64,000 nt of DNA from Oscillospiraceae bacterium (GTDB taxonomy: Bacteria; Bacillota; Clostridia; Oscillospirales; Acutalibacteraceae), in contig DPOR01000005.1 of the NCBI GenBank assembly GCA_003538135.1, positions 111,470-175,469 of the forward strand, read 5' to 3'. Within the stretch, counting starts at the first letter, position 1; each line of letters starts with the position of its first letter. The translations under genes were made by a program, and so were the position numbers. Under the pieces are notes generated by a model. It had not been told where the DNA came from. It saw only the letters and a list, made by a program, of their open reading frames with translations, and ran no database searches. Below, piece after piece: positions 18,151-28,713 of the stretch.

Positions 18151-19959
18151 ATGGCAAAAGCAAAGCTCGGAATCAGACCCATCATTGACGGCCGCTGGGG
18201 CGGAGTCAGAGAGAGTCTCGAGGAAAAGACGATGAGCATGGCGCTCGCCGCCAAAAAGCTCATCGAGGAAAACGTGTTCAACTCGGACGGCACTCCTTTT
18301 GAGTGCATCATCTCGCCCTGCACGATAGGAGGAGCCGCGGAGGCCGCGAAGTGCGCCGACTTCTTCTCGACTCAGAACGTCTGCGCCACGCTCTCCGTCA
18401 CACCCTGCTGGTGCTACGGCAGCGAGACTATGGACCTCGATCCCCTGACAGTCAAGGCAGTCTGGGGCTTCAACGGCACCGAGCGCCCCGGCGCGGTCTA
18501 TCTCGCGGCGGTTCTGGCGGCTCACGCGCAGAGAGGTCTGCCCGCGTTCTCCATCTACGGCAAGGATGTTCAGGATGTCACCGACAACTCCATCCCCGAC
18601 GACGTCGCGGAGAAGATACTCCGTTTCGCACGCTGCGCCGCGGCTGTCGGTCAGCTCAGAGGCAAGTCCTATGTCGGCATAGGCGCCGTCGCAATGGGCA
18701 TTGCAGGCTCATACTGCGACGCCGATTTCTGGCAGGAGTATCTCGGCATACGCGCCGAGTGGGTCGACATGGTTGAAGTCACCCGCCGCGTCGAGCTGGG
18801 AATCTACGACCACGAGGAGTACGAGCGCGCTCTCAAGTGGGTAAAAGAGAACTGCCCCGAGGGCTTAGACAAGAACCCCGAAAATATCAGACACACCCCC
18901 GAGCAGAAGGAGAAGGAGTGGGAGTTCGTCGTCAAGATGACCCTCATCTGCCGCGACATCATGCTCGGCAACGATAAGCTCAACTCCGTCCGCCCCGTAG
19001 GCGCGGAGGCGGAGCACTCCGGCCCGAAGGACGGCTGGCACGAGGAGGCTCTCGGCCGCAACGCCATACTCGGCGGCTTCCAGGGTCAGCGCCAGTGGAC
19101 GGACTTCATGCCCAACGGCGACTTCACCGAGGCTATTCTCAACACTACCTTTGACTGGAACGGCAAGAAAGAGCCGCTCACCTTCGCCACCGAGAACGAC
19201 GGCCTCAACGGTCTGTCCATGCTCCTCGGAAAGCTCGTCACCGGCAGAGCGAGCCTGTTCGCCGACGTGCGCACATATTGGAGCCCCGACGCGGTTGAAA
19301 GAGTCTGCGGTATGCGCCCCGAGGGCGTTGCCAAGGACGGCTTCATCCATCTCATCAACTCCGGCGCCGCCGCGCTCGACGCCACGGGCGTCTGCAAGGA
19401 CAAGGACGGCAATGCCGTCATGAAGGAGTGGTGGAACGTCACCGACGAGGACATCAGCGCTATGCTCAAGGCTACCGACTGGTGCCCCGCAGACCTCGGA
19501 TATTTCAGAGGCGGCGGATACTCCTCGCACTTCAAGACTCAGGCCGTCATGCCCATGACGATGATAAGAGTCAACATCATCAAGGGTCTCGGCCCGGTGC
19601 TTCAGATAGCCGAGGGCTACACCGCCACCCTGCCCGACGAGATACACAACAAGCTCGACAAGCGCACCGACCCGACCTGGCCGACCACCTGGTTTGCTCC
19701 GAGACTCACCGGCAAGGGCGCGTTCAGGGATGTCTACTCCGTCATGGCAAACTGGGGCGCGAACCACGGCGCCATCAGCTACGGCCACATCGGCAAGGAT
19801 CTTATCACGTTGGCGAGTATGCTCAGAATCCCCGTTGCGATGCACAACGTCGCCGACGAGGACATCTACCGCCCGCACGCCTGGTCCGCATTCGGCACGA
19901 AGGATCTCGAGAGCGCGGACTACAGAGCCTGCGCCGCCTACGGCCCGCTGTATAAGTAA
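18151..19959 (+). CDS. fucI: L-fucose isomerase
   Basis: Near-colinear match to E. coli FucI ([68 protein letters not shown]). Start at MAKAK with an AAAGGA RBS. Confidence 0.9.
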   Translation: MAKAKLGIRPIIDGRWGGVRESLEEKTMSMALAAKKLIEENVFNSDGTPFECIISPCTIGGAAEAAKCADFFSTQNVCATLSVTPCWCYGSETMDLDPLTVKAVWGFNGTERPGAVYLAAVLAAHAQRGLPAFSIYGKDVQDVTDNSIPDDVAEKILRFARCAAAVGQLRGKSYVGIGAVAMGIAGSYCDADFWQEYLGIRAEWVDMVEVTRRVELGIYDHEEYERALKWVKENCPEGLDKNPENIRHTPEQKEKEWEFVVKMTLICRDIMLGNDKLNSVRPVGAEAEHSGPKDGWHEEALGRNAILGGFQGQRQWTDFMPNGDFTEAILNTTFDWNGKKEPLTFATENDGLNGLSMLLGKLVTGRASLFADVRTYWSPDAVERVCGMRPEGVAKDGFIHLINSGAAALDATGVCKDKDGNAVMKEWWNVTDEDISAMLKATDWCPADLGYFRGGGYSSHFKTQAVMPMTMIRVNIIKGLGPVLQIAEGYTATLPDEIHNKLDKRTDPTWPTTWFAPRLTGKGAFRDVYSVMANWGANHGAISYGHIGKDLITLASMLRIPVAMHNVADEDIYRPHAWSAFGTKDLESADYRACAAYGPLYK

Positions 19960-19974
19960 GATGAAAATAAAAAG

Positions 19975-20005
19975 TTCCGTCCGGGAGACCGGGCGGAATT
20001 TTTTG
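19975..20005 (+). terminator. Intrinsic terminator after fucI
   Basis: TCCGTCCGGgagaCCGGGCGGA plus ATTTTTTGTG. Confidence 0.7.
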
Positions 20006-20040
20006 TGTTATCCTTAAAAACCGTGTCAAGGCCTTGCGTG

Positions 20041-20126
20041 CTCAGGGTTCGAATCCCTTGAAAATAAAAAGAACGGAAGCAACACCTGCAGTATCGCTTC
20101 CGTTCTTGGCGCGCTGCAAGGGATAC
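20041..20126. repeat. Tandem repeat copy 1 (T-arm-like hairpin, terminator hairpin, 18-nt tRNA-Arg 3'-end fragment)
   Basis: ctcagggttcgaatcccttgaaaataaaaagaacggaagcaacacctgcagtatcgcttccgttcttggcgcgctgcaaggga is about 95% identical to 20236-20325 (period 195 bp). Confidence 0.8.
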
Positions 20127-20235
20127 AGTCGGCTGCGCCGCCTTGCGTGCTCGGCGACCGCTGCTGCGCAGCAGTACCCGCCTCACACTTCGCGGCTAAA
20201 AACAGTCCGCCGGACTGTTTTCTCAACGCCGCTCA

Positions 20236-20325
20236 CCCTCTCAGGGTTCGAATCCCTTGAAAATAAAAAAAGAACGGAAGCAACACCTGCGGTATTGCTT
20301 CCGTTCTTGGCGCGCTGCAAGGGAT
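20236..20325. repeat. Tandem repeat copy 2 (includes the genuine tRNA-Arg 3' end and its terminator)
   Basis: See copy 1. On the minus strand, GAACGGAAGC-N15-GCTTCCGTTC plus T7ATTTT forms the terminator (about 20253-20300) immediately 3' of tRNA-Arg. Confidence 0.8.
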
Positions 20326-20384
20326 TCGAACCCCTGACCTTTTGGTTCGTAGCCAAACACTCTATCCAACTGAGCTAGCAGCGC
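20308..20384 (-). tRNA. tRNA-Arg (anticodon ACG), CCA encoded
   Basis: GCGCTGCTAGCTCAGTTGGATAGAGTGTTTGGCTACGAACCAAAAGGTCAGGGGTTCGAATCCCTTGCAGCGCGCCA has cloverleaf-compatible arms and anticodon loop CUACGAA. Confidence 0.9.
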
Positions 20385-20638
20385 ATCTGATTGCCATAGT
20401 ATATTAGCACAACGCGGCGCAAAAATCAACCGTTATTTTAAAAAATTTTTATTTTTCTCTTTCGTCGGCCGTCTCCCGCGCGGGACAAAAAATTGCGCCC
20501 GTTTTCCGCCTCTGTTTTTTGAATTTTTTTTAGCTATTACATTGTAATCGCTAAATTTTTGCTATATAATTAAGTGGATAGACAGATTGGGGCTTTGTTT
20601 GCATTTGTTTGCAAAAGCCGCGAAGGGAGATTATTATA

Positions 20639-22240
20639 ATGCGAGACAGAACATACGTTTTATCATACGACATAGGCACAACGGGCGTCAAAACCTGCCT
20701 TTTCGAGGTCGAGGACGAGATTACTCTGGTAGCCGCGGAGATGGAGGGCTATTCCCTGACCGTCTATCCGGACGGAGGCGCGGAGCAGGATCCCGATGAG
20801 TGGTGGAGCGCGATGTGCAACACCACAAAGAGGCTCATGAACTCAACGAGCGTCAGCACCTCGGAGATAGCCGGCATTTCCTTCTGCTCCCAGATGCAGG
20901 GGCTTGTGCTCGTCGACAAAGACGGCGTTCCCGTCCGCATGGCGATGAGCTACATGGATCAGCGCGCCAAAAAGCAGATAAAGGAGCTCATGGCCTACGG
21001 TCCGCAGATAGCGGGCGCCAATATTCCCAAGCTGCTCAAATCTCTTCAGATAACCGGCGCGGTGTCCGCGAGCGTCAAGGACCCCGTCTACAAATATAAA
21101 TGGGTCGAGGAGAACGAGCCCGAGAACTTCGCCCGTACCTATAAGTGGCTCGACGTCAAGGAATACGTCATTTGCCGCATGACCGGCAAGTTTATCATGA
21201 CCCGCGACTCGGCCTTCGGCACTCTGCTCTACGATGTCCGCAAGGGCAGAGAGGGCTGGAGCTCCGAGATGCTCAAGATGTTCAACGTCAAGCCCGAGCA
21301 CATGGCTGACATAATCGACTCCACCGCCCTCGTCGGCGGACTGACCGAAAGAGCGGCGGGCGAGCTCGGACTTTGCGAGGGCACTCCCGTATTCGGCGGC
21401 GGCGGCGACGCCTCTCTCATAGGCGTAGGCGCGGGCGCGGTCGGCCTGGGCGACACGCATATATATTGCGGCACCTCCGGCTGGGTCAACACAGTCGTTG
21501 ACAAGAACATCGTCGACACAAACGCCATGATAGCCGCCATAGTCGGCGCGCAGAACGGCAGACTCAACTACTTCGCCGAGCTCGAGACTGCGGGCAAATG
21601 CCTCGAGTGGGTCAAGGATCACCTCGTGCTCGACGAAATTGACATCTTCCTGGAAAAGACCGACGTCGCCTCCTCGAAGGAGTCCATATACACGAGCCTC
21701 TACGACTATATGTCCCATGTCATAAACAAAATCCCCGCAGGCAGCGGCGGAGTTATCTTCACCCCGTGGCTGCACGGCAACCGCTGTCCGTTCGAGGACC
21801 CGAACGCGCGCGGAATGTTCTTCAATATCAGCCTCGAGACAAGCAAGACTGAGCTTCTCCGCTCCGTTGTCGAGGGCACCTGTATGCACCTGCGCTGGTT
21901 CCTCGAGACTCAGGACAAGAAGGTAAAGACCTCCGACACCATCCGCTTTGTCGGCGGCGGCGCTCTCTCGGACGTCACCAGCCAGATTCTCGCGGACTGC
22001 ACGGGCAGAACGATAGAGGTCGTGGCGAGCCCGCAGAACGTCGGCTCGGTCGGCGCGGCGGTCATCTCCGCGGTGGGTCTCGGCAGAATAGGCAGCATAG
22101 AGGAAGCAAAGAAGCTCATTCCCGCGAAGAAAACCTTTATCCCGAACCCCGCCAACAAGCCCGCATACGACAAGAACTTTGCCGTCTTTAAGAACCTCTA
22201 CAAGAACAACAAGGATAATTTTGCGGCGCTCAACGGCTGA
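20639..22240 (+). CDS. FGGY-family carbohydrate kinase (xylulo/ribulokinase-like)
   Basis: Trimmed to MRDRTYVLSYDIGTTGVKT (GAAGGGAG RBS). FGGY N- and C-domains (GGGALSDV...). Upstream TTGTAA-17-TATAAT promoter with an extended TG. Confidence 0.8.
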   Translation: MRDRTYVLSYDIGTTGVKTCLFEVEDEITLVAAEMEGYSLTVYPDGGAEQDPDEWWSAMCNTTKRLMNSTSVSTSEIAGISFCSQMQGLVLVDKDGVPVRMAMSYMDQRAKKQIKELMAYGPQIAGANIPKLLKSLQITGAVSASVKDPVYKYKWVEENEPENFARTYKWLDVKEYVICRMTGKFIMTRDSAFGTLLYDVRKGREGWSSEMLKMFNVKPEHMADIIDSTALVGGLTERAAGELGLCEGTPVFGGGGDASLIGVGAGAVGLGDTHIYCGTSGWVNTVVDKNIVDTNAMIAAIVGAQNGRLNYFAELETAGKCLEWVKDHLVLDEIDIFLEKTDVASSKESIYTSLYDYMSHVINKIPAGSGGVIFTPWLHGNRCPFEDPNARGMFFNISLETSKTELLRSVVEGTCMHLRWFLETQDKKVKTSDTIRFVGGGALSDVTSQILADCTGRTIEVVASPQNVGSVGAAVISAVGLGRIGSIEEAKKLIPAKKTFIPNPANKPAYDKNFAVFKNLYKNNKDNFAALNG

Positions 22241-22373
22241 CGGACGGTTCAACCCGACTTTTTGTGTCAATCATATCTTTCGATTCCGCTCTTGAAAAAG
22301 TGCAGCACCCTGTGTTATACTGAAATGTGTGTAACGATTCCGGTCGACTGAGACGAAAGGAAGGTCTTAAAAA

Positions 22374-23042
22374 ATGAAGAAAATTATCACGGCTCTGCTT
22401 ATCTGTATGCTCGCGGCAGTCTGCCTCTTCACCGGCTGCTCGAAGGCCAAGGGACTCAAGGTAAAAGACAGCAGCGGAAACGACCGCGTGCTCGTGACCG
22501 ACGAAAACGGCGGCCCCATTTATGACGAAGCGGGCAACATAGTCATAGTCGAAACCGACGAAAAGGGCAATGCGAAGAAGGACGAAAAGGGCGAACAGGT
22601 CACAAACGCCGTCTCGCTCAAGAACCTTCTCGTTTCGGGCGACAAGGCCTATTGCAAATATTTTACTTTCACAAAACCCTCCGGCTACGAGATGACGGTT
22701 GTCGGCTCTTCGATAACCCTCGTAAAAGGCAAAGAGACTATTGATATAATCTACGACACGGAAAAGAGCGTCGATGACAAGCTCTCCGACATCAGCGATG
22801 TCATAATCGCTCTCAAGGAGCAGGGCTTCAATCCCGAGGTCAAGGATGAGGTCAAGACTCTCTGCGGCCAGGAAGCAAAAGTTACCGAGATAAAGATTTC
22901 CGGAAACGGCAACGAGGCGTTTATCGCCTCCGCCGTCTTTGAGAGAAACGGCGTAACTTACGCCTGCACCTACAAAACCTCCAAGGTCGGTGCAAGCACC
23001 GGAGAGTTTGAATCAATTGTCAACTCTATTTCGTTTAGATAA
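22374..23042 (+). CDS. Lipoprotein, function unknown
   Basis: MKKIITALLICMLAAVCLFTGC lipobox. Upstream TTGAAA-17-TGtTATACT promoter (about 22292-22322). Confidence 0.65.
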   Translation: MKKIITALLICMLAAVCLFTGCSKAKGLKVKDSSGNDRVLVTDENGGPIYDEAGNIVIVETDEKGNAKKDEKGEQVTNAVSLKNLLVSGDKAYCKYFTFTKPSGYEMTVVGSSITLVKGKETIDIIYDTEKSVDDKLSDISDVIIALKEQGFNPEVKDEVKTLCGQEAKVTEIKISGNGNEAFIASAVFERNGVTYACTYKTSKVGASTGEFESIVNSISFR

Positions 23043-23084
23043 AGGCAATAATTAAAGTATTCTGACTGTTGAAAGGAGAACAGT

Positions 23085-24077
23085 ATGTTATTTTCACTTG
23101 ATATCGGTATCGATTTGGGTACCGCCAACACTCTTGTTTTCGTAAAGGGCAAGGGCATCGTCATCAGAGAGCCCTCCGTTGTTGCGGTCGACCAGAAGTA
23201 CAACCCGCCCAGAGTTGTCGCCGTAGGCACGGAGGCTAAAGAGATGATCGGCAGAACTCCCGGCTCCATAACCGCAGTCCGTCCCCTCAAGGACGGCGTT
23301 ATCGCCGACTTCGACATCACGGCGGATATGCTCAAGGCTTTCATAAAGAAGGTCGCAAAAAACGCTCCGCTTGCAAAGGTCCGCGTTATGATCTGCATCC
23401 CCTCGGGCGTTACGGGCGTTGAGAGAAACGCCGTCAACGACGCTGCGAGAAGCGCGGGCGCGAAATATGTCAGCCTCATAGAGGAGCCCATGGCGGCGGC
23501 CATCGGCGCGGGTCTCCCCGTCTCCGAGCCCACCGGAAGCATGGTCGTCGATATCGGCGGCGGCACGAGCGAGGTTGCCGTTATCTCCCTGGGCGACGTC
23601 GTTACCTCGAACTCCGCAAGAGTCGCGGGCGATAACTTCGATGAGTCCATAATCAGCTATATCAAGAAAAAATATAACCTGCTTATCGGCGAGAGAACCG
23701 CCGAGGATATCAAGATAAAAATCGGCTCCGCCTATCCCTATGAGGGCGAGGGCGCGATGAACATCAAGGGCCGCAACCTCATGGACGGCCTGCCGAAGAA
23801 TATCGAGATTTCCGCGGAGGAGATAAGAGAGGCTCTCTCCGACTCCGTCAATCAGATTCTCGACGTCATCAAGGCAACCCTTGAAAAGACTCCCCCCGAG
23901 CTCGCCGCCGATATTATCGACCACGGCATCATGCTCACCGGCGGCGGCGCTCTGCTCAGAGGGCTTGACAAGCTCATCGCCGCCGAGACCCGCATCCCTG
24001 TGCTTGTCGCGGAGAGCCCGCTCGACTGCGTTGTTGACGGAACAGGCATCTGCCTTGAGCATCCGCTCAATAAATAA
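23085..24077 (+). CDS. mreB: Rod shape-determining protein MreB
   Basis: [29 protein letters not shown]..., an actin-like ATPase, 330 aa. Confidence 0.9.
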   Translation: MLFSLDIGIDLGTANTLVFVKGKGIVIREPSVVAVDQKYNPPRVVAVGTEAKEMIGRTPGSITAVRPLKDGVIADFDITADMLKAFIKKVAKNAPLAKVRVMICIPSGVTGVERNAVNDAARSAGAKYVSLIEEPMAAAIGAGLPVSEPTGSMVVDIGGGTSEVAVISLGDVVTSNSARVAGDNFDESIISYIKKKYNLLIGERTAEDIKIKIGSAYPYEGEGAMNIKGRNLMDGLPKNIEISAEEIREALSDSVNQILDVIKATLEKTPPELAADIIDHGIMLTGGGALLRGLDKLIAAETRIPVLVAESPLDCVVDGTGICLEHPLNK

Positions 24078-24285
24078 AAGCCTTTCGCGGGTCGCTCTGC
24101 TCTCCGCAGACGGCCCGCGTTCTCGCAGGCTTACAAAAACTATGTGGCGCAGCGTTTTTCTGCTTTTCTGCATATTTTTTGCAAGTCCGCGGGATTTTTT
24201 GCGTTGTACAGAGGTGCTTTTATGCCGCGTTTAAACGCAAAAATCAATATCCCCCACCCTTCTTCCATGCAAAGGAGAGACGAAA

Positions 24286-25137
24286 TTGAAGTTTTATAAA
24301 TCAAAAGCATTTAAAATATTCGTCGGCGTGCTCGTCGTGCTGATAATCGGAGTTATAGCGGCCGCCGCCATGCATTCGGGCTCCTCGCCCGCCAACTCCG
24401 TGATAAGCACGGTGTTTTCCCCGCTCCAGCGCGCGTCCTCATATCTCGCAGAGAAGTTTTCCGCGTTTTCGATTAACTTCAAGTCCTCCGCCACGCTCTC
24501 AAAGCAGGTTGATGAGCTCAACAAAGAGATAGAGGATCTGCAGAGCCGGCTTGTCGACTACGAGCAGCTCAAGAGCCAGAATGCGCTCTACAAGGAGTTC
24601 CTTGAGCTCAAGGAGGAGCACAAGGACTACAAGTTCTGCGAGGCGGCGGTAATCGGCAGAGACTCGGCAAACCCGCTCTCCGCCTTTGTGCTAAACCGCG
24701 GCAGCACCGACGGCATCGAGGTAAACGACCCCGTTATCTACGGCAAGTATTTAGTCGGCGTAGTTACCTCCGTGACGCTCACGCAGTGCACGATAAAGAC
24801 TATACTCAACCCCGAAGTCAACCCCAGCGCGTATGAGATACGCACGCGCGACCTCGGCTTCGTCACAACGACGGCGAGCTACGCCGCGGACGGGCTGTGC
24901 ACCATGCCGGGACTCTCAAGCTCAACGGCAGTCTCCCCCGGCGGAATCGTCTGCACCTCGGGCGTCGGCGGAATCTATCCGCGCGACCTCATTATAGGCA
25001 CGGTGACAAAGGTCGAGGACTCCGGGACGGACATCTCCGCAACCGCGGTGATAAAGCCCGGCGCGGACATAGCCTCGATAACCGACGTCTTTATAATAAC
25101 CGAGTTCGAGGGTCAGGGGTCGAGCGTCACAAAGTAA
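24286..25137 (+). CDS. mreC: Rod shape-determining protein MreC
   Basis: TTG start with an AAAGGAGAG RBS. N-terminal TM, coiled coil, C-terminal beta domains (VIYGKYLVGVVTSV...). Confidence 0.8.
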   Translation: MKFYKSKAFKIFVGVLVVLIIGVIAAAAMHSGSSPANSVISTVFSPLQRASSYLAEKFSAFSINFKSSATLSKQVDELNKEIEDLQSRLVDYEQLKSQNALYKEFLELKEEHKDYKFCEAAVIGRDSANPLSAFVLNRGSTDGIEVNDPVIYGKYLVGVVTSVTLTQCTIKTILNPEVNPSAYEIRTRDLGFVTTTASYAADGLCTMPGLSSSTAVSPGGIVCTSGVGGIYPRDLIIGTVTKVEDSGTDISATAVIKPGADIASITDVFIITEFEGQGSSVTK

Positions 25138-25162
25138 GAAATCTACCGAAAGGGACTTGTCT

Positions 25163-25687
25163 ATGGGTCTCACAGCCGAAAAGAAAAGACTTATAATCCG
25201 ACGCGTGATATTCGCTCTTCTGCTTATCATCTGCGCCGTTATCCAGAACACCCCGAGACTTCTGCCCGAGCCGTTCGGCGCGCGTCAGCTCGGAGTGACG
25301 GTCATGGTCGTCTGCATAGCAATGTTCGAGCGCGAAACCGCGGGAATGCTCCTCGGTCTGCTCGCGGGCATCGTGCTCGATGTAACGGGCGGCACTCAGG
25401 GCATAAACGCCATTTTGCTGACCGCGTTCGGCCTTGCGTGCGGAATGCTCGTCAACAACATGATAAGAAATAATGTAGTCACCGCGCTGATTTTTTCCGC
25501 GTCGGCGCTGCTTATTCATACGTTCGTCTATTGGATAGTGTTCGTCGCCGCGGCGGGTGTCTCCGGCGGCAGACTTCTGCTCACCTTCTGCCTGCCGAGC
25601 GTGCTCTATTCGGTAATTTTTACGCCTCTTTGGTTCCTGATAATAAGAGGCATAAGCAGAGCTCTTCCGAGCGAAGTCAGAAGATAA
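25163..25687 (+). CDS. mreD: Rod shape-determining protein MreD
   Basis: Small polytopic membrane protein immediately after mreC. ATG at 25163 (AAAGGGA RBS). Confidence 0.75.
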   Translation: MGLTAEKKRLIIRRVIFALLLIICAVIQNTPRLLPEPFGARQLGVTVMVVCIAMFERETAGMLLGLLAGIVLDVTGGTQGINAILLTAFGLACGMLVNNMIRNNVVTALIFSASALLIHTFVYWIVFVAAAGVSGGRLLLTFCLPSVLYSVIFTPLWFLIIRGISRALPSEVRR

Positions 25688-25705
25688 GAGAAAGGAGGGA
25701 GCCCT

Positions 25706-27769
25706 TTGGATTCGAAAAAGCTTGCGATAAGGCGCATTATACTGCCCTGCATACTGCTCGCATTCATACTTGTTTTTGTCGGCGTGCTCGTCAAGGTTCA
25801 GCTTATAGACGGAGAGGAATACGCGAGCGCCGTCAACACCGCAAAGCAGTCTACCGTCAAAATTCACGCGGCACGCGGCGAGATAGTTGACCGCAACGGC
25901 AAGCCCATAGTCGAGAACCGCCAGGGCTACTCCATAGTTTTCAACTATTCGTATTTCCCGTCCAAGAAAGAAAACAGCGAGAGAAACTCGATAATAATAT
26001 CATTGATCAGGCTCTTCGAGGCAAACGACGCCGAGTGGGACAACAGCCTGCCTATAGTCATCGACTCGTCGGGCGGGCTCGTCTATAAGACTGACAGCGA
26101 AAAGGAAATCGAGGTTATGAAGGGCAAGGACTATCTTAACCTCAACTCCTACGCCACGGCGCAAAACTGCTACGACGCCATGGTCGAGATGTTTGAAATC
26201 GACCCGGGCTACTCCCTCAAGGACGGGCTTAAAATCGCGGCGGTGCGCTATCAGATGCTCTTAAACGGCTTCGGAGCCAGCAACGCCTACACCTTCGCGC
26301 AGGATGTCAGCGACGTGCTCGTTGCCAAGGTCAAGGAGAACAGCGCGACCTTTAAGGGCGTTGACGTGGAGGTAGTTCCCTACAGAAGAATAGTCGACGG
26401 CACTCTCGCCGCCCACATAATCGGCACGGTGGGCAAGATAAACGCCGAGGAATACGCCGAGCTCAAGGACAAGGGCTACGGCATGAACGACACGCTCGGA
26501 AAGAGCGGAATAGAATACGCCATGGAGGAGTATCTGCGCGGCACGGACGGCGAAAAGGTCGTCACCGTAGACCCGGACGGCAACGTCTCCGAGACGGTTA
26601 CGAAAGAGCCCGTTCAGGGCGCGACGGTCGTGCTCACCATTGACGCCGATATGCAGAAATTGGCGCAGGACACCTTTGCGAAATGGACGGAAAACTACGC
26701 AAAATCCTCAAAGAATAAATACGGCGTTCCCGCAGCTGGTGCGCTCGTTGTCAACGACCCGAACACGGGCGAAATACTGACCATGCTCAGCTATCCGACC
26801 TACGACCTCAACACCTACAGCGAAAAATATTCGGAGCTCAGCAAGGACAGCCGCACGCCGCTTTGGAACAGGGCACTGCGCAGCACCTACGCCATAGGCT
26901 CGACCTCGAAGCCCTCCGTCGCAATAGCGGCAATAGAAGAAGGGCTGACAAGCCGAGACAGAGTCATCCGCTGCACAAGGGAGTTCAAATACCTCGACCA
27001 CACCTTCTACTGCAACATCAACCACCGCGACAGAAACCTGACTCTTCGAACCGCGCTTCAGGATTCATGCAACATATATTTCTACACCTGCGGCGAGGAG
27101 CTCGGAATAAGCAGGCTCAACGAATACCGCTCCATGCTCGGGCTCGGAGTGAAAACGGGCATAGAGCTCACCGAGGCCGAGGGCATAGAGGACAGCCCCG
27201 AATACCGCGAAAGCATAGGTCAGACCTGGCTGCCCGGCTACCTCATACTCTCGTCCATAGGCGAAGGCGGTACGCGCTTTACACCCATACAGCTCGCAAA
27301 CTACACCGCCACGATAGCAAACGGCGGCACGAGATACGAGCAGCACATAATAAAATCGATAAAGAGCGCCGACTACTCCAAGACGCTCGTTGAAAAGACT
27401 CCCAAGGTCGCGCTCGAAACGGGCATATCCAAATATGCCATCGACTGCGTCACCGAGGGCATGGAGTACGTTGTCAACAACAACCGTATTATACAGTCGG
27501 CTCTCAAGGGGCTCGACGTTCAGACTGCCGCAAAGACAGGTACCTCCGAAGAAAACAGGAAGATAAACGGCGTCAGCCAGGTTATCAACAACGGTCTTTA
27601 TATCACCTTTGCGCCGAGCAAAAACGCCGAGATATCCATAGCGTTCATCTGCGAGGGCGTCTACGGCTCGTCCTCATTGGCGCAGATAGCAAAGCCGATA
27701 TACGACTACTACTTCAACAGCTCGCAGACGGCCGCCGCGCCGCAGGGTGAGAATACGCTTCTGGGGTGA
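25706..27769 (+). CDS. mrdA: Penicillin-binding protein 2 / peptidoglycan D,D-transpeptidase (elongasome)
   Basis: TTG start with a GGAGGGAG RBS. Transpeptidase motifs STSKP, SCN... and KTGTSE. 687 aa. Confidence 0.85.
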   Translation: MDSKKLAIRRIILPCILLAFILVFVGVLVKVQLIDGEEYASAVNTAKQSTVKIHAARGEIVDRNGKPIVENRQGYSIVFNYSYFPSKKENSERNSIIISLIRLFEANDAEWDNSLPIVIDSSGGLVYKTDSEKEIEVMKGKDYLNLNSYATAQNCYDAMVEMFEIDPGYSLKDGLKIAAVRYQMLLNGFGASNAYTFAQDVSDVLVAKVKENSATFKGVDVEVVPYRRIVDGTLAAHIIGTVGKINAEEYAELKDKGYGMNDTLGKSGIEYAMEEYLRGTDGEKVVTVDPDGNVSETVTKEPVQGATVVLTIDADMQKLAQDTFAKWTENYAKSSKNKYGVPAAGALVVNDPNTGEILTMLSYPTYDLNTYSEKYSELSKDSRTPLWNRALRSTYAIGSTSKPSVAIAAIEEGLTSRDRVIRCTREFKYLDHTFYCNINHRDRNLTLRTALQDSCNIYFYTCGEELGISRLNEYRSMLGLGVKTGIELTEAEGIEDSPEYRESIGQTWLPGYLILSSIGEGGTRFTPIQLANYTATIANGGTRYEQHIIKSIKSADYSKTLVEKTPKVALETGISKYAIDCVTEGMEYVVNNNRIIQSALKGLDVQTAAKTGTSEENRKINGVSQVINNGLYITFAPSKNAEISIAFICEGVYGSSSLAQIAKPIYDYYFNSSQTAAAPQGENTLLG

Positions 27770-27773
27770 TTAT

Positions 27774-28496
27774 ATGGCTGAGAAAATAGTTATCGCCTCC
27801 GGCAAGGGCGGCGTCGGCAAATCGTCGCTGACCGCAGGACTTGCGCGCGCGCTGAGCAATTCCGGCAAGCGGGTGCTCATGCTCGACATGGACATAGGGC
27901 TGCGCAGCCTCGACCTCATCTTCGGCACTCAAAAGGAGCTTCTCTTTGACTGGGGAAATGTACTCGACGGCGGCTGCGAGCCGAATCAGGCGGCTATCGC
28001 CGCGGGCGGGCCGATGCTGATGACTGCGCCCATGCATATGTCCGACTCCTTCACCGCCGAGAGCATAAAGGAGCTTGCGGACAGGCTCTCAAAAGATTAC
28101 GACTATATATTTTTCGACGCTCCGGCAGGGCTCTCCGACGGGTTCGAGCTCGCCTGCGCCGCCTCCGACAGGGGCATTGTTGTCTCCACCGCCGATGCGG
28201 TATGCGTCAGAAGCGTCAATATAACCGCGGGCGCCATGCGCTCCCTCGGTCTTGAGGACATAAGACTCGTTATCAACCGCTTCGACGAAAAGGCGGTCTG
28301 CAAAAAGAAGCTTTTAAACATCGACGACGTTATTGACGCTGTATGCGTTCAGCTCATCGGCATAGTTCCCGAGGACGCGGCGGTGTCGCACTGCGCGGTG
28401 CGCGGCGAACCGCTCCCGGCATCGAGCGCGGCGGCAAAGGCGTTTTCGCGCATAGCAAAGAGAATCGACGGCGGCGTTTCGCCGCTGCTGGGGTGA
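27774..28496 (+). CDS. minD: MinD/ParA-family septum-site-determining ATPase (MinD-like)
   Basis: MAEKIVIASGKGGVGKSS (deviant Walker A). No minC or minE neighbour in the window. Confidence 0.7.
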   Translation: MAEKIVIASGKGGVGKSSLTAGLARALSNSGKRVLMLDMDIGLRSLDLIFGTQKELLFDWGNVLDGGCEPNQAAIAAGGPMLMTAPMHMSDSFTAESIKELADRLSKDYDYIFFDAPAGLSDGFELACAASDRGIVVSTADAVCVRSVNITAGAMRSLGLEDIRLVINRFDEKAVCKKKLLNIDDVIDAVCVQLIGIVPEDAAVSHCAVRGEPLPASSAAAKAFSRIAKRIDGGVSPLLG

Positions 28497-28582
28497 AATA
28501 TAACCTATATCCCCGCGGCAGCCGCGACATTGCAAATTACCGCCCATCGTTTTCAGGGTGCTTATGATATCCGCTTGCGGTT

Positions 28583-28652
28583 TTTGCAGTAACTTGCGGC
28601 TATTCATTTTGTAGGGGGCGGCGACTCGACACATCAACGGCGGCAATGCCGC
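28583..28652 (+). repeat. Palindromic unit B with conserved 5' flank (aacttgcggctattcattttgtagggggcggcgactcgac...)
   Basis: Shares ttgcggctattca...gtaggg.gcggcgactcgac with 3850-3912. Confidence 0.75.
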
Positions 28653-28713
28653 AACATCCACCCTCCGTCTCACTGCCTGCCGCATATAAATCAACTCTTT
28701 CAGGAGAAACGCC

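Noticed and set aside
20034-20378. 114-aa plus-strand ORF spanning the tRNA-Arg gene and tandem duplication
   Set aside because: Overlaps a bona fide tRNA and terminator hairpins; an artefact of the repeated GC-rich sequence.
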